From an uncultured Candidatus Actinomarina sp. (GTDB taxonomy: Bacteria > Actinomycetota > Acidimicrobiia > Actinomarinales > Actinomarinaceae), in contig CACOLU010000002.1 of assembly GCA_902628045.1 (NCBI GenBank), positions 17,162-81,161 of the forward strand: a DNA stretch of 64,000 nucleotides. The letters are read 5' to 3'. The position numbers were made by a program, and so were the translations under genes. Below, in pieces: positions 49,553 through 63,251 of the stretch. The notes under the pieces were generated by a model that ran no database searches, was not told the origin of the DNA, and saw only the letters and a list, made by a program, of their open reading frames with translations. The stretch's first letter is position 1; the number at the start of each line of letters is the position of its first letter.

Positions 49553-50217
49553 ATCAATTTATTTTTTCTCAAAATAACAATAGACAAACATATTGCAAAA
49601 AATAACCATTGAAAAGCGTAACTTAAATGTGGCGCATCATAAGGTTCAGTAAGATTGATGCATTCAATATTCCTTCCGCACTCTTCTGTTAGTGTTATGT
49701 AGAATTTTGGTAATGATATGCTCTGATCATTTTCTATAAATAACTTATCGATTCTAAACAAATAATTTGATTGGGGAACATCATCTTGGCCGAGAGTCTG
49801 GGTGTCATAATTTATTAATTTTCCAATATATTTATAATTTTCATATTTATCAATTGAATTTAGATCGTAATCAAGAGGAACCCATCCCCTATTAACAACC
49901 ATATAGTTGTTATTACTATCAAAGATAAGGTCTATTCTGTTGTATCCGTTTTGGCCATTATGTACCCTAGATCGTAAAAGCCAGGTGTGTAATATGGAAA
50001 TATTGTTATCTATTTGAACATATTGGAATTCAGACAAATTATTAATATCTGAAATTGATATTTTTAATAGACTTTCATACTTAGTAAGACTCTCTAAATT
50101 ATTTATATCCTCATAATGACTTGATAGCTGCCAGTAAGATAATGCAAGAAAAATTATAACTATAGTAAAACCAAGGTAAAAAAGGACTTTAAAAGGTAAT
50201 TTTTTTAATTTGTCCAA
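49549..50217 (-). CDS. SURF1 family protein (cytochrome oxidase assembly)
   Basis: Has an N-terminal TM helix, MVVNRGWVP, and a C-terminal TM helix with HLSYAFQW. Confidence 0.75.
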   Translation of the reverse strand: MDKLKKLPFKVLFYLGFTIVIIFLALSYWQLSSHYEDINNLESLTKYESLLKISISDINNLSEFQYVQIDNNISILHTWLLRSRVHNGQNGYNRIDLIFDSNNNYMVVNRGWVPLDYDLNSIDKYENYKYIGKLINYDTQTLGQDDVPQSNYLFRIDKLFIENDQSISLPKFYITLTEECGRNIECINLTEPYDAPHLSYAFQWLFFAICLSIVILRKNKLI

Positions 50218-51629
50218 CTTGTATCACCTCTGCGTCTGTCACCAAATGAAAAAACATCTTTGTTTAATCCAGAAACACAAACTCCACCAAAATACATATC
50301 GTATTCATCAGTTATAGTTACATCTTTATCCATTTCTAATGAGGCAGGTTCTGCTCTAACTGTACCGTCACCATTTACATGAAATCTTGGTTGGTCAATT
50401 GCTTGTTTCCAATCATTGGATTGTGAGTAATTTAATAAGACCTGTGCAATAGCTGAACTTATTCTGTCAGCACCTGGAGATCCAATTGTTGTAATACCAT
50501 CTTCAGATTGAATAATTAGTGGACTCATGTTGGATATTAGTCTATCTCCTTTTGTTTCACCTAAAAAACCCTGTGGATTAAGCTCAATTTCACCTAGTGA
50601 GTTGTTAAAATACATACCAGTATTTTTACATAGTACACCTGACCCGTATCCACTTGAAAATGTTGTAGAAAAATGATTATTCATTTCATCTGAAGTATTT
50701 ACTTGAATAGTAGATGAAGATTTTGTTAAATTTTGAATTTCTTTGTTTATAAAAGATTTCCTATCACCAAAAAATTCATAACTGTCTTTTCTATTCTTAT
50801 AGACATCGATTAATGATTCGATACTTACACCCTTGCTTAATTTTTCAATATATTTTAAAACCATTAGTCCCCCAATTGAGGGACCAGAGTGACCTGTAAG
50901 TATTAAATTTTTATATTTAAATTCGAATTTACTATCTTCTATTAATTGATAATCAGTGAAATCTTCAGATGTTGCATGTCCGCCTTCATTTACAATAGTT
51001 TTAAGTATTTCTTTTGCAATATCTCCAACATAAAAATCATTAAAACCTTCATTTGTTAAGTGTTCTAGAGAATCACTTAACTTATTTAGCTTTACAATTC
51101 CATTATCTAAATCATTAGAAATATTTTCTAATATTTTTTTTGAATAATCGTGCCACATAAACAGTGGCTTTAATGAATGTTGGAAGTAGTCTTTTGTTGG
51201 TTGAGTTAGTTTAAATCCTTTCTTGGCAATATTAATTGGAAATTCTAATAGCTTGTCTAAAGGAAGTGATGCATAATTTTTATATAAAAAATCTAATATT
51301 TTATATATTCCAGGTATTGCAAAGGTATTAGCTCCTTTACATGTTTCTACATAACCACCATAAGTCAATACGACTTTATGCTCTTCGTGATCATTGCCTT
51401 TAAAATATTTAGGAGACACGAAATATCCATCTACTGTATGTGAATTGTTAGTCTTTCCGTCATAAAATGTTAACAGACCAGAAGATGTTGGAGCAACAAC
51501 ACCTAAATCTGTAACCATAGACGTTACAATACTTGATATCAATACATCAGCAGCATTGGGATTTAAATCTTTGATAGATTCAGCTGCTTGTGAACTATAT
51601 TCTGCAGTGCTTGACATAGAAACTTTCAT
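50205..51629 (-). CDS. gamma-glutamyltransferase family protein
   Basis: 474 aa. The pattern S-S-T-IQVNTSD....STTFSSGYGSGV....G.YFNNSLGE matches the GGT autoprocessing and catalytic region (TTH.SV.D...A...T.TIN..FGSG....G..LNN.M.DF). No signal peptide. Confidence 0.7.
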   Translation of the reverse strand: MKVSMSSTAEYSSQAAESIKDLNPNAADVLISSIVTSMVTDLGVVAPTSSGLLTFYDGKTNNSHTVDGYFVSPKYFKGNDHEEHKVVLTYGGYVETCKGANTFAIPGIYKILDFLYKNYASLPLDKLLEFPINIAKKGFKLTQPTKDYFQHSLKPLFMWHDYSKKILENISNDLDNGIVKLNKLSDSLEHLTNEGFNDFYVGDIAKEILKTIVNEGGHATSEDFTDYQLIEDSKFEFKYKNLILTGHSGPSIGGLMVLKYIEKLSKGVSIESLIDVYKNRKDSYEFFGDRKSFINKEIQNLTKSSSTIQVNTSDEMNNHFSTTFSSGYGSGVLCKNTGMYFNNSLGEIELNPQGFLGETKGDRLISNMSPLIIQSEDGITTIGSPGADRISSAIAQVLLNYSQSNDWKQAIDQPRFHVNGDGTVRAEPASLEMDKDVTITDEYDMYFGGVCVSGLNKDVFSFGDRRRGDTSWTN

Positions 51630-51672
51630 CTAAACAGTGTAGTTTATAACTTTTATATGCAAAAATATATAT

Positions 51673-52587
51673 ATGAAACAGGACATCAAAAAGTTTGATG
51701 AAAATATTTATCAAATAGATGTTTTCATGGAAGACAAACCTGGCAGGATGTCTTGTTACTATATAGATTCATCTAATCCAATATTAATTGAAGTTGGTCC
51801 ATCGAAGTCTTTTCCTTATTTGATTTCAAGTTTAGAAAGTTTAGGTATAAATGAAGTTAACAGATCTGCTATGACACATTTACATCTAGATCATGTAGGT
51901 GGAATCGGACATCTTGTTGAAAAGTATAAAGATCATTTTGTATACATTCATGAATTGGGACTAAAACATTTACCTAGTCCAGAAAGATTATGGAAAGCAG
52001 TTTCTAAAGTTTATACAGAAGAGTGGTTATCAACTAATTGGGGTGAAATAAAACCAACACCATTAAATAATATACATTCACTTAAAGATAAAGAGTTGAT
52101 CGATTTAGGTAATGGTAGAAAATTAGAAGCAATCTATGGTCCCGGTCATGCAAAACATCACTATACATTCTATGATGCATATTCTAAAACACTATTTATG
52201 GGAGATACACTAGGATTAATTTATCCTCATGGAGACTTTGTTCAGCCTAACCTTCCTCCACCAGATTTTAATAAAGAATTACTATTCAACACTTTAGATA
52301 AGTTATATACACTAGACCTTGAATATTTAGCTCTTGCTCATTTTGGAATACATAAAAATCCTTATGAATTAATAGACAATGCTAAAGAAAGTATTGAACT
52401 CTGGATTGACTTTGTAACAAAATTGCCAAATTTATCGATTGATGTAGCTGCTGAATCCCTACAAACATGGTTAAGTGGCAATTATAGAATTCTTGGTGTA
52501 GATGAAGTAACTATAAAAAATTATCTAGATAACGGAAATTTACAAATGCAAATTCAGGGAATTAAAAATTTTTTAAAAAATAGTTAA
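51673..52587 (+). CDS. MBL-fold metallo-hydrolase
   Basis: Contains HxHxDH (THLHLDHVGG) plus later His and Asp ligands (GPGHAKHH, GD). Confidence 0.8.
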   Translation: MKQDIKKFDENIYQIDVFMEDKPGRMSCYYIDSSNPILIEVGPSKSFPYLISSLESLGINEVNRSAMTHLHLDHVGGIGHLVEKYKDHFVYIHELGLKHLPSPERLWKAVSKVYTEEWLSTNWGEIKPTPLNNIHSLKDKELIDLGNGRKLEAIYGPGHAKHHYTFYDAYSKTLFMGDTLGLIYPHGDFVQPNLPPPDFNKELLFNTLDKLYTLDLEYLALAHFGIHKNPYELIDNAKESIELWIDFVTKLPNLSIDVAAESLQTWLSGNYRILGVDEVTIKNYLDNGNLQMQIQGIKNFLKNS

Positions 52588-53003
52588 CTTAATTTAACTA
52601 TCTTACTTCGGAAGTAAATATGTATTGGAGCAATAAAAAATTCTGTAAGTATTCCAAAAAAGAAATATAAATCAATCTCAACATTTCCTATTATTAGTAA
52701 AGAAATTATCCTTGAAATAAGAACAATAGTCCACAATATTGTTAAAAAATTAAGGTAAAAAATATTTTGAGTACGTAAATATTGAATACAACCAAATGTA
52801 CACATTAAATATAAACTTAATGGATATGTTAATAAATTTAAATGTCCATTACCTCCAGTATCAGCGAGTGCTAAAACTTCAAGATATGTTTGTTGAAAAA
52901 ATAGAAAAGTTGAATCAGGAAAAAAAACTGAATAAATTACCAACAAGGAGCTATTAATTAACAAAAAAGACAAAAATAAATTTAAAAGTTTTTTGTAATT
53001 CAT
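52584..53003 (-). CDS. hypothetical membrane protein
   Basis: 139 aa with 4 predicted TM helices and no motif. Starts 19 nt after the rRNA terminator T-run. Confidence 0.45.
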   Translation of the reverse strand: MNYKKLLNLFLSFLLINSSLLVIYSVFFPDSTFLFFQQTYLEVLALADTGGNGHLNLLTYPLSLYLMCTFGCIQYLRTQNIFYLNFLTILWTIVLISRIISLLIIGNVEIDLYFFFGILTEFFIAPIHIYFRSKIVKLS

Positions 53004-53011
53004 ATTAAGAA

Positions 53012-53017
53012 ATTATA
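53012..53017 (-). promoter_or_regulatory. perfect TATAAT hexamer 8 nt upstream of ATG 53003 (possible leaderless transcript)
   Basis: The minus strand reads TTTTTCTTTTATAATTTCTTAATATG. There is no Shine-Dalgarno between the hexamer and the ATG, and no convincing -35. Confidence 0.25.
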
Positions 53018-53021
53018 AAAG

Positions 53022-53044
53022 AAAAACCCCTAGTTTCCTAGGGG
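53022..53044 (-). terminator. rho-independent terminator of the rRNA operon
   Basis: The minus strand reads CCCCTAG-GAAA-CTAGGGG followed by TTTTT, about 14 nt downstream of the 5S 3' end. Confidence 0.7.
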
Positions 53045-53058
53045 CTCTTCATTAAAAG

Positions 53059-53172
<114 letters not shown>

Positions 53173-53194
53173 AAATCTACTTCTTAAAAATTCT

Positions 53195-53205
53195 ATAGCA
53201 AGCGC
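53195..53205 (-). other. 3' half of 23S processing stem
   Basis: Plus-strand ATAGCAAGCGC is the exact reverse complement of 56300-56310 (GCGCTTGCTAT). The two bracket the 23S gene. Confidence 0.6.
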
Positions 53206-53220
53206 TCAAGCTAGGTATTC

Positions 53221-56280
<3,060 letters not shown>

Positions 56281-56299
56281 ATATGAATACTTTGCAATT

Positions 56300-56310
56300 G
56301 CGCTTGCTAT
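56300..56310 (-). other. 5' half of 23S processing stem
   Basis: Complementary to 53195-53205 (11/11). Confidence 0.6.
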
Positions 56311-56314
56311 ACAA

Positions 56315-56327
56315 TTTTCAAAAAGCC
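56315..56327 (-). promoter_or_regulatory. boxA-like antitermination element in the 16S-23S spacer
   Basis: The minus strand GGCTTTTTGAAAA lies within the 14-mer AATTGGCTTTTTGA, which is repeated in the leader. It resembles E. coli boxA TGCTCTTTAACAA and sits between the 16S and 23S stems. Confidence 0.4.
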
Positions 56328-56345
56328 AATTTGACTTTTTCACAG

Positions 56346-56358
56346 CTGAGTAATGTAT
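56346..56358 (-). other. 3' half of 16S processing stem
   Basis: Plus-strand CTGAGTAATGTAT is the exact reverse complement of 58075-58087. Confidence 0.6.
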
Positions 56359-56412
56359 CAGTCTTGTAGACAACCGGCGATTGACCTTAGAACCGAAGTT
56401 CTATGCTCCTTA

Positions 56413-57935
<1,523 letters not shown>

Positions 57936-58074
57936 CATAATCTTTGAATAATTTAAATCTGACCAAAGAATCAACATGGGTTTTACCCATTTCAACTTAA
58001 AAAAGTTGAATCAACTTAGTTAAAAGTTGACAAAAAAAGAGTGCTAGATATTTCTATCTGCACTACCGGCGTTC

Positions 58075-58087
58075 ATACATTACTCAG
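58075..58087 (-). other. 5' half of 16S processing stem (leader)
   Basis: 13/13 complementarity with 56346-56358. A CCGG-containing segment further in (58066-58070 vs 56375-56379) could extend the stem. Confidence 0.6.
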
Positions 58088-58100
58088 TTGTCAAAAAGCC
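58088..58100 (-). promoter_or_regulatory. boxA-like antitermination element in the rRNA leader
   Basis: Minus-strand GGCTTTTTGACAA matches E. coli boxA at 10 of 13 positions. The same 14-mer AATTGGCTTTTTGA occurs in the spacer (56318-56331). Confidence 0.4.
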
Positions 58101-58112
58101 AATTATTTTTGT

Positions 58113-58141
58113 AATATATACAGTAACAGAACCTTGATTAA
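58113..58141 (-). promoter_or_regulatory. candidate rRNA promoter (TTAATC-17 nt-TATATT)
   Basis: This is the only reasonable hexamer pair in the 55 nt between the tyrS stop and boxA. The -35 is weak. Promoters inside tyrS cannot be excluded. Confidence 0.25.
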
Positions 58142-58155
58142 GTGTGTGAAAAAAA

Positions 58156-59328
58156 TTAAATAAATGTAAAAAAGGTTCTCTTACCTAGTTGAAGTGTTTT
58201 GCCAACTAAATCATCCGTTTTTGCATCAAGATTAGTAAATTTTTCATCATTTACTTTAAAACTTCCTGCACTTATTAATCTACGAGCTTCAGAATTTGAT
58301 TTTGTGATGCCTAATTCAGTAAATATTTTAGGTAGATGCAGTTCTTTTTCTAAAGGGGCTGTATAAGAATCAACTTCATCTGGAATATTTTTATTAATTG
58401 TGATGTTTTCAAATGACTCTTGTGCTGTTTTAGCTAAATTATGATCATATAATTCAGTTACTACAAAATTTCCTAGTCTTTTTTTAACTTCAAAAGGGTT
58501 TTCTTTTTCTTTATTAACCGCGTCTTTTAAATCATTGATTTCTTCTAATTCCAAATCAGTCAGCATTGTGAAATAATCCCACATTATTTCATCAGGAATA
58601 CTCATAATTTTCCCATAGATATTTTCAGGAGTGTCAGTAATAGAAATATAATTATTTAATGATTGGGACATTTTCTTTTTTCCATCAGTACCAACTAACA
58701 GAGGGAATGTCATTGCAACCTGTGGGTTCATAGAATAAAATTTTTGCACTTCTCTTCCCAACATAAGATTCCAAAGTTGATCATGACCACCAATTTCTAT
58801 ATCTGCTTTAACTGCAACTGAATCATATCCTTGAAAAAGTGGGTAAAAGAATTCCATTAATGATATGGGTGAGTTGTTTGAGTATCTAGATGAAAAATCT
58901 TCTCTTTCTAGCATTTGAGCTAAAGTAGTTGAAGAAGAAAGATTAACTAAGTCAGAACTCGTTAATTTAGATAGCCAGTCATTGTTTGAAACAATTTCAA
59001 GTTTCCCTTTATTTAAAATATTTTTAATAATTGGTAATACACCCTTAGCATTTTCATTAATTTCATCTGATTCTAATTTTGTTCTAGTTTCTGATTTCCC
59101 AGATGGATCTCCAACTTGAGCTGTAAACTCACCTAAAATTAAGACGGCCGTGTGACCATACTCTTGAAATTTACTTAATGCACGAAGTATCGCATACCAT
59201 CCTAAAGTAACATCTGGTGCTGTTGGATCAACACCAAGTTTTATACGTAATGATTTTTCAGATTTTATTAATTTATCAAGGTCTTCTATTGGACTAATAG
59301 CGCTTGCTCGGTCCTGTAAATATTTCAT
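58156..59328 (-). CDS. tyrS: tyrosine--tRNA ligase (type 2, with C-terminal S4-like domain)
   Basis: Contains GVDPTAPD-V-TLGW (HIGH position), GEFTAQVGDPSGKSETR, KMSQS (KMSKS), and the S4-like EARRLISAGSFKVNDEK. Preferred start is ATG 59328 (MKYLQDR), which overlaps the mpg stop (ATGA), rather than the track's TTG at 59352. Confidence 0.9.
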   Translation of the reverse strand: MKYLQDRASAISPIEDLDKLIKSEKSLRIKLGVDPTAPDVTLGWYAILRALSKFQEYGHTAVLILGEFTAQVGDPSGKSETRTKLESDEINENAKGVLPIIKNILNKGKLEIVSNNDWLSKLTSSDLVNLSSSTTLAQMLEREDFSSRYSNNSPISLMEFFYPLFQGYDSVAVKADIEIGGHDQLWNLMLGREVQKFYSMNPQVAMTFPLLVGTDGKKKMSQSLNNYISITDTPENIYGKIMSIPDEIMWDYFTMLTDLELEEINDLKDAVNKEKENPFEVKKRLGNFVVTELYDHNLAKTAQESFENITINKNIPDEVDSYTAPLEKELHLPKIFTELGITKSNSEARRLISAGSFKVNDEKFTNLDAKTDDLVGKTLQLGKRTFFTFI

Positions 59329-59897
59329 TTTAGTATTAAAGAAAAACGCCAAAGATGTTTATCATTTCTTTTTGCGTTTTTTCTTTGCTTTGCAACTGCT
59401 TGATCAAGCGGATGTATGCGCGGTGATAAATTAATTACTCCTGATAAAATATTTTCACCATCAAGACTCTTATCGATACCTAAACTTTTTGTAATGTTTC
59501 CTGGTCCATTTAATTTATCAAATTTCATTTTTGTTTTTCTTCTTTTTTCAATATGTTTTTTTCCAAGAAGTATAAGAGATGACCTTATTAAAACAGCTTC
59601 AGCTGAACCTTTTTTTCCGCAAAGAAGAAATAGTCCCCTATTTGAGCCATAAGATTTTAGTACTGCAATATGTGGAGGTCCGAGGGTTATTGATGTTGGT
59701 ACATTCTTAAAAGTGTTTAGTAATGCCATTTTATCTGTAGATTTACGGCCATAAGCTTCAGTTTCAGTAATCATTATCTCAACAAATTTGTCATTTATAG
59801 ATGTTGAAATTCTCATTCCTAGCAAGTCCACTGCAGCTTTAGAAGCAGATTGGGAAAGGGTTTTTAACACTCTATTATTTAATCCACTAGGTTGCAT
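59325..59897 (-). CDS. mpg: DNA-3-methyladenine glycosylase (MPG/AAG family)
   Basis: Contains AAVDLLGMRI....EIMITETEAYG and GPGNITKSLGI. Adjacent to tyrS as in mycobacteria. Confidence 0.85.
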   Translation of the reverse strand: MQPSGLNNRVLKTLSQSASKAAVDLLGMRISTSINDKFVEIMITETEAYGRKSTDKMALLNTFKNVPTSITLGPPHIAVLKSYGSNRGLFLLCGKKGSAEAVLIRSSLILLGKKHIEKRRKTKMKFDKLNGPGNITKSLGIDKSLDGENILSGVINLSPRIHPLDQAVAKQRKNAKRNDKHLWRFSLILK

Positions 59898-62259
59898 TTT
59901 CAGCTCTCCTATTAAGTTTAATTTTAAATTTAGTTTCAGCTTCTTTTACTATCATTTCTAAAATTTGTGTGCTTTCAGCTTCCGTATATGTTTTATCATA
60001 ATTTCTTGTTACTATTCTAATTCCTAAATTTCTTGTTTTCTCATTTGTAAAATTATCAAATATAGAAATATTATTTTCATTTTCTTTGAGTATAGATTCA
60101 ATTAAATGAATTAAATCTGATGCTTGAAAATCATGTGTAACAGAAAAAGATAAATCAAACTTAATATATGGATAAGGTGACAAAGGTTTATAAATATTAT
60201 CTTCTAATTGTTTAAATTCAAAATTCTCAGTATTGATTTGAGCAATATAGAGTGATTGTTCTAATTCCATCTCAGATTTATTCTTATATGAGAGTTTACC
60301 CATATATCCTATAATCTTGTTTTCAAGTTTTATTAAGTAAGAATAGTTTTTGTGGAATCCAGGCCTAGAAAGTTGTTCAAATTCACACAGTGGAAATAAT
60401 TTTTTTATAGTATTTGTTAAAGAATTAATGTCATTAGATTTAGTTTTAAGTCTGTCATCTTCTATAGTTTCGATTTCAGGAATTAGTAAACCAAGAGAGT
60501 ATTCTTGATTTGGAATATGCTTAAATATTTTATGATTTGAATCGTCGTATACATTATTTATTTCGTAATACCTATTTGAGTGATTGTTGTTTTCAACATT
60601 GAATTTATATATATTTATCAATGATGAAAGTAAATTTGTTCTCAAGTATTCTTGTGATCGATCAATAGGGTTTATTACGTTTACGGATTTTTTTTCAGGT
60701 GTAAATAGTTCATTAGAATAAGAATCAGTGAAAGACAATGTTTGTGTTTCATAAAAATTTGATGAAGACAATATTTTTGAAAGGTACAAACGTTTATCCC
60801 AGTAGTCGCCTTTTGAATTTAAATTATTTCCTATAGGTAGCGTTGATGCAAAATTGTTAAATCCATAATGCTTTGCAAGTTCCTCTATTAGGTCTATCGG
60901 TCTTTCTAAATCATACCTCCACGAAGGTGATGTAAATATTATTTCTGTGTCAGAAACATTAGCCTCTATTTTAAGTTTTGTTAGAGTATTCTTTATAAAT
61001 TCATCATCTAGTTCTACACCTAGTATTTGTTCTATCTCATATTTTCGAAATTTTACTTCATTATAAGTAATTCCATTTTTACTACTATCTATAATGTTTG
61101 AATAAAATATATCTTGATCATTTTCAAATAGATTCACAAATCTTTGCAGACCTTGTTTCTGCAAATTGAAATCAATACCTCTTTCAAATCTAATAGAGGC
61201 ATCTGAAATAAGATTTAATCTTCTTGATGTCTTCATGACAGATACTTTATCGAAGTATGCACTTTCTATAAGAAGATTATTAGTTTTGTCAGTAACTTCT
61301 GTATCGTAACCACCCATGACGCCTGCAAGAGCAATGGGCTTATCATCATCAGTAATAATCAAATCATTTGTATCTAATTTTCTTTCTTGCTCATCTAAGG
61401 TTTTGAGTATTTCTTTATCTTTAGCAAATCTAACTGAAATAGTTCCAAATAATTTATCTCTATCAAATGCGTGAAGTGGTTGTCCAATATCATGTAGAAC
61501 ATAATTTGTGTAATCTACAACATTATTTATCACACGGACACCGACAGCAGAAAGTCTGTATCTGATGTTTAAATTTGAATCATCTAGTTTAAAGTTTTCT
61601 ATTTCTATTGATTGATAAGAGTTACAAGCTTTTATTCTTCCACTATTTACTTTTATTACACTCTCGATGTTAGGTTTAAGTTCATTAGAATTTTCTTGTA
61701 AAGACAAATTAAAATAATTAGATAGTTCCCTTGCAATTCCTAAATGAGACATGCAGTCACCCCTATTTGGTGTTACTCCAATTTCCCATAAAGTATCATT
61801 TGAACTGTAAATTGTAGAAAAATCAGATCCTAATTTTGTTTCTGATGAAAGTTTTAAAATTCCTGAATGATCATCCCATAAATCTAATTCTGATGCTGAA
61901 CAAATCATTCCATTAGATTCAACTCCACGTATATCTCGTTTATTAATTTTAAATCCATCTTTAATTTCGCTGTTAGGCAAAGCTACAGGAACAACAGCAC
62001 CAACATCAAAGTTCCAGGCTCCACATACAATTTCATAAGTTTTGGATCCCACATCAACTTTAGTTATCCGTACCTTGTCAGCATTAGGGTGCTCATAAAT
62101 CTCTAGTACTTTACCTACTAGTATGTTTTTATAATTAGGGGTTTTATCTGTTTTAGACTCTATCTCAAAACCTAGTGACTCTAATGCTTCAGAAATATCA
62201 TTTGAGTTGATATCTTCTATATCAATCCAATCATTCAACCAAGATTTTAAAATTTTCAT
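59887..62259 (-). CDS. pheT: phenylalanine--tRNA ligase beta subunit
   Basis: 790 aa with an N-terminal tRNA-binding OB domain (..VGKVLEIYEHPNADKVRITKVDVG), then B3/4, B5 and a C-terminal anticodon-binding-like domain. Confidence 0.95.
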   Translation of the reverse strand: MKILKSWLNDWIDIEDINSNDISEALESLGFEIESKTDKTPNYKNILVGKVLEIYEHPNADKVRITKVDVGSKTYEIVCGAWNFDVGAVVPVALPNSEIKDGFKINKRDIRGVESNGMICSASELDLWDDHSGILKLSSETKLGSDFSTIYSSNDTLWEIGVTPNRGDCMSHLGIARELSNYFNLSLQENSNELKPNIESVIKVNSGRIKACNSYQSIEIENFKLDDSNLNIRYRLSAVGVRVINNVVDYTNYVLHDIGQPLHAFDRDKLFGTISVRFAKDKEILKTLDEQERKLDTNDLIITDDDKPIALAGVMGGYDTEVTDKTNNLLIESAYFDKVSVMKTSRRLNLISDASIRFERGIDFNLQKQGLQRFVNLFENDQDIFYSNIIDSSKNGITYNEVKFRKYEIEQILGVELDDEFIKNTLTKLKIEANVSDTEIIFTSPSWRYDLERPIDLIEELAKHYGFNNFASTLPIGNNLNSKGDYWDKRLYLSKILSSSNFYETQTLSFTDSYSNELFTPEKKSVNVINPIDRSQEYLRTNLLSSLINIYKFNVENNNHSNRYYEINNVYDDSNHKIFKHIPNQEYSLGLLIPEIETIEDDRLKTKSNDINSLTNTIKKLFPLCEFEQLSRPGFHKNYSYLIKLENKIIGYMGKLSYKNKSEMELEQSLYIAQINTENFEFKQLEDNIYKPLSPYPYIKFDLSFSVTHDFQASDLIHLIESILKENENNISIFDNFTNEKTRNLGIRIVTRNYDKTYTEAESTQILEMIVKEAETKFKIKLNRRAENAT

Positions 62260-63251
62260 TAAAATTGCTCCAAAAATCTTAAATCATTTTCATAAAAGTT
62301 TTTAATATGATCAATCTGGTATTTAAGCATAGCTAATCTTTCTATACCGACACCCCAAGCAAATCCTTGATATTCTTTTGAATAACCTACATGATCCAAT
62401 ACATTCGGATCAACCATTCCACAACCTAAAATCTCAAGCCATTCACCGTTGTTCCACTTGACAAGAACTTCTGCAGAAGGTTCAGTAAATGGAAAAAAAT
62501 GAGGTATAAACTTAGTTTCAATATTTTCACCAAAAAATTGTTTAACGAAATACTCTAATGTTCCCTTAAGATCTGTAAATTTTAAGTTTTTATCAATCGC
62601 TAAACCTTCAAGCTGATGAAAAACTGGAGAATGTGTAGCATCAAGTTGATCAGAGCGAAAAACTCTACCAGGTGCAACAATATAAACAGGTGGGTCATTA
62701 TTTTCCATATGTCTGATTTGAACGGTACTAGTTTGAGTTCGTAATAAAGTTTCTAAATTATGATCAGTGTAAAGGGTATCAGATTCATATCGTGCAGGAT
62801 GCCAATCTGGAGTATTTAGTGCATCAAAATTGTGCCAGGAGGTTTCTACTTCTGGTCCAAAAGCTACTTTATATCCAATAGATGCAAAAATTTCAACAAC
62901 CTCATCCATAACTTGTGAAATAACATGCCTATGAGTTCCTGATCTGGTAATCCAATCAATGGTTATGTCTTCATTCTCTTCGTTTTCGAGTGAAGTATAT
63001 TTTTTATTGATAAATTCTTGTTCAGCTTTTTTTATATTTGAAGTTATCGAATTATTTACATTATTTAATTTTTCACCATACGTTTTTTTGTCATCTTTTG
63101 AAAGAGTGGATAATTTTTTTCTTTCAACAGATAGTAGTGAATCTTTTCCTGTATATTCTTTTAAAACATCATCAAATTCTGCTTCATCAACTATTTCATT
63201 TAGACGTAATTTTAATGAAGCTAAAACTTTATCGAAATTTAATTCAGCCAT
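62259..63251 (-). CDS. pheS: phenylalanine--tRNA ligase alpha subunit
   Basis: Class II motifs are present: HPARYESDTLY, GRVFRSD..DATHSPVFHQLEG, and FPFTEPSAEV...GCGMVDPNVL..GFAWGVGIERLAM. Confidence 0.97.
   Translation of the reverse strand: MAELNFDKVLASLKLRLNEIVDEAEFDDVLKEYTGKDSLLSVERKKLSTLSKDDKKTYGEKLNNVNNSITSNIKKAEQEFINKKYTSLENEENEDITIDWITRSGTHRHVISQVMDEVVEIFASIGYKVAFGPEVETSWHNFDALNTPDWHPARYESDTLYTDHNLETLLRTQTSTVQIRHMENNDPPVYIVAPGRVFRSDQLDATHSPVFHQLEGLAIDKNLKFTDLKGTLEYFVKQFFGENIETKFIPHFFPFTEPSAEVLVKWNNGEWLEILGCGMVDPNVLDHVGYSKEYQGFAWGVGIERLAMLKYQIDHIKNFYENDLRFLEQF

Noticed and set aside
58088-58093. TTGACA hexamer upstream of the 16S gene, which at first looks like a -35 box.
   Set aside because: No acceptable -10 lies 16-18 nt downstream. 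The hexamer is part of the 14-mer repeated in the 16S-23S spacer (there TTGAAA), which fits a boxA-like RNA element better.
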